From assembly GCA_951406725.2 (NCBI GenBank), contig OX597818.1, positions 28,086,001-28,150,000 of the forward strand: DNA of 64,000 bases, read 5' to 3'. Position 1 is the first letter of the stretch. Each line of letters begins with the position of its first letter. The notes beneath the pieces are model-generated. The model saw nothing but the letters and a program-made list of their open reading frames with translations, was not told the origin of the DNA and did no database searches. Shown one piece after another: positions 61,398 to 64,000 of the stretch. A program made the position numbers and the translations under genes. This DNA comes from Octopus vulgaris. Its lineage: Eukaryota.

Positions 61398-62412
61398 GTT
61401 TCTATCTGAGTGTTTTCTCTCTCTCTCTATTATCTATCTAGTCATCTATCTATACACACACATATATATATGTAAATAACAGGGACATGCAGGGATCTTT
61501 CTGGCTGGGGAAGCAATGACAAAAATTTTCTGTCACATTGATATTTAAATCAAATAGACATATTCATATACAGCTATTTAAAAAAACTTTTTTTAATCAC
61601 ATTCTATATTAAGGATGTTCTGTAATTTGAAAAAGTATAAAATATTAGTTGAATAAATGTAGAAAACTATGCGCATTATCTTTACACCATTTTTTCTGAT
61701 GGAAGTAGAATGTCAACTGGCTTCCTTTTTCCTATATAAGTGTTACATCACAACGGAAGATTATATATATCATAGGCATTGTGAATTGACAGAAACTTAA
61801 TCTAAGCATATAAGTATTTTATTAGCATCTAAAACTATTTGTTATCAGCTCTTACTAGAAAAAACTGTCTTTGAGGCATTTTTATCAGAAAAAATGTTTA
61901 AAATATTACACCGAAAAGATACAACAGCCATGTTGCTTCCCTTGCACAAATTTTTGTTGCATCATCTGTCACTGCTTGTTGTCTCATGCTATTTCCAACA
62001 ATAAAAGTCTGAAGCCAATGATGTCATGTCGTATATATTAATTTTATAGAACATTAGAAGAAAGATCTTATTAAAAATAAGTAATATAGTTTCAATTTTG
62101 TTTCTATAATTTTTTAAGGAAGCATTGCTTCCCTTGCTTCCACAGACTCCATACCAATGACATATATATATATATATATATTTCTACTTCAGGGTGGTCA
62201 TTTTTTCTTGCCAAATAAACACACACACTATATATTTGTTCTTCACTCCTTTCCTATTGTTCTTATTTATCCTTATGTCCATTGTTTGAAATATTTCATT
62301 CCACATCTGTGACCTCTCCAGTGACTTTTCCATCCATGTGTATCCTCCTTTTCTGTTTAGTCCATTTTGTGTCTTTCTATGATGTGTATCCTTATCTGTG
62401 CATGCTTTTGCA

Positions 62413-62447
<35 letters not shown>

Positions 62448-63039
62448 GCATGTGTGTACATGTATCTATGTGTTTTGTATGTGTATATGGATTTGCTTAC
62501 TATATAGTTTGTATCCATGCCCTTTATATAATTGTTGTTGCTATTATTGTCCTTGTTCTTAATGGTACCAATATTTAGTATGTTGACCCTCCCCTCACCT
62601 ACAGTTTCACTTATGTTGCTGCTGTTCTTGACTCTTATTTTGAAATTGTTCTTGTATTTCTCTGTGTGTGTGTTCATTCATGTTGTTATTGTTTGTTGTT
62701 GTAGCAGCTTGTGAAGTTACTGTGTGTTTGTGTGTATGGATTTGGGCTTGTTTATTATATTGTTTGTATCTGTGCCCTTTATATAGTTTTTTGTTTACAT
62801 ATTTATCCTTATTTCTTATATTTCATCATGTGTGCATGTTTGTCTTTCGTGTGTGCATTATCCTTTTGTATCTGTATCTGTTTTTCCCCATCTGTCTATA
62901 GTTGTCATGTTGTGTAGTGTGATGGCAGGGGGAGGTGTTATTGTTCCATTCATGTTTTCTGTTGAGGCTCGGTTCAACAGGTCAGGGGTTTTATGGGGGT
63001 TCTTAGCTTTTCTAATACTTTAATCTGTAGATTTACCTT

Positions 63040-63400
63040 ATCTAATGCTTTTCTAAAAAGTTATGCTACTTTGGCACCAGCATCAGCAAACATGACACTG
63101 ATATTTTTTATAGTCATAATCCTGTGCTGCTCCAGGATTTACTCCTCTATAGCAGACAGATCCCATTATCACTATAATAACCTTGTTCTTAGCCCTGGCT
63201 CCTTTGTACATTCTTATCCTCTCCCTTTGGTTGTAGTCAGAGAATTGCATGTGGTGGATGAAGTAATGTCAGTGTCTTTCCAATTCCTTTGAGTCACACA
63301 TGCAGGACACATTCCTCATCACTCTTACCAAGTTCGTTATTAAGATATTGAACATGATGTCTGTAATAGCTGTCTTCTTGTGGACCAGTTATTTAGAAGC
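63040..63400 (-). mobile_element. Degenerate R4/Dong-like C-terminal fragment
   Basis: Minus-strand remnants resembling C..E..IHHM.., YSDNG..NPGAA.., LIS/V..AD, K.A; similar in layout to the other RLE fragments. Confidence 0.4.
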
Positions 63401-63439
63401 AATGAATTTGGCATAATGGAAAAGAAGGATCTGGACATT

Positions 63440-63697
63440 ACTATTCTTAGTTTCTAGGTTCAGCTTCACTACATGGTACTTTGGGTAAGTGCCTTTTATT
63501 ATAACCCAAGGCTCACCAAATTCTTATGAGGGGATTTCATAGATGGAAATAGAAACTTGTCAATTATGTATGTATATATCTATGTGTGCATCTCATTGTG
63601 TTTGTGTTTGTCCTTTACAACCGCTTGACAACTGGTATTGGTTTGTTTACATCCCCATAACTTAACAGTTCAGAAGAAAGAAACTGATAGTACAAGT
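63440..63697 (+). mobile_element. tRNA/CORE-like SINE remnant
   Basis: ggttcagc..ctttgggtaagtg..cttgacaactggtattggtttgtttacatcccc matches the family at 4160-4545. Confidence 0.7.
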
Positions 63698-64000
63698 ACA
63701 TCATCATCATCACTTAACATCTACTTTCCATGCCAACATGGTTTGGATGGTTTGACTGAGAACTGGCAAGCTGAGAGGCTGCACCAGGCTCCAATCTGAT
63801 TTGGCAAGGTTTCTACAGCTGGATGCCCTTCCTAACGCCAACCACTTTGAGTGTGTAGCGGGTACTTTTATGTGTCATTGGTACAGGAGCCAGTCAGGCA
63901 GTACTGACATCAGCCATGCTCGAGTGATGCTTATTTTAGTGCCACCGGCATGGTTGCCATAAGGTGGCACTGTCATTGGTCATGTTCAAATGGTGCTTTT
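63698..64000 (-). mobile_element. RTE 3' end running off the window
   Basis: (CAT)n tail followed by the shared RTE 3' UTR. Confidence 0.88.

Noticed and set aside
61480-62160. hAT-like MITE (gggaagcaatg/cattgcttccc subterminal inverted motif)
   Set aside because: Termini match poorly and no 8-bp TSD is visible.
54183-64000. Cytoplasmic-tail exons
   Set aside because: Candidate acceptors (e.g. 61740, 62192) give no convincing exon; small exons cannot be called without transcripts.

Overview
Eukaryotic, AT-rich, repeat-dense genomic DNA. The repeat families look to me like those of Octopus (cephalopod); that assignment is recognition, not a database result. One host gene runs across the window on the + strand. 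It has eight coding exons, each a multiple of 3 long and bounded by phase-1 splice sites (7361-7672, 21067-21387, 31202-31456, 34880-35131, 39950-40198, 46058-46309, 48221-48529, 54078-54182). They splice into a 685-codon open frame encoding one V-type plus six further Ig-like domains and a transmembrane helix, i.e. a CD22/Siglec/nephrin-like IgSF architecture. I did not find the signal-peptide or cytoplasmic exons. Exon 6 needs a GC donor; a competing GT donor 31 nt upstream would give an immediate stop. The introns hold RTE LINE copies, R4/Dong-like restriction-endonuclease retroelement fragments, a mariner, an IR/DR Tc1, two Gypsy remnants, Helitron-type non-autonomous elements, tRNA/CORE-like and Deu/Nin-like SINEs and microsatellites. 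The least explained signal is a set of non-coding, AT-rich fold-back elements lodged in (TA)n tracts. They carry type I hammerhead ribozyme motifs (10378-10474 +, 10659-10729 -, 11543-11604 + degenerate, 60680-60766 - degenerate with an inverted half copy), consistent with Penelope-derived or retrozyme-like elements. One near-intact motif lies in the sense orientation of the host intron. Most short ORFs in the supplied track are spurious or transposon fragments.
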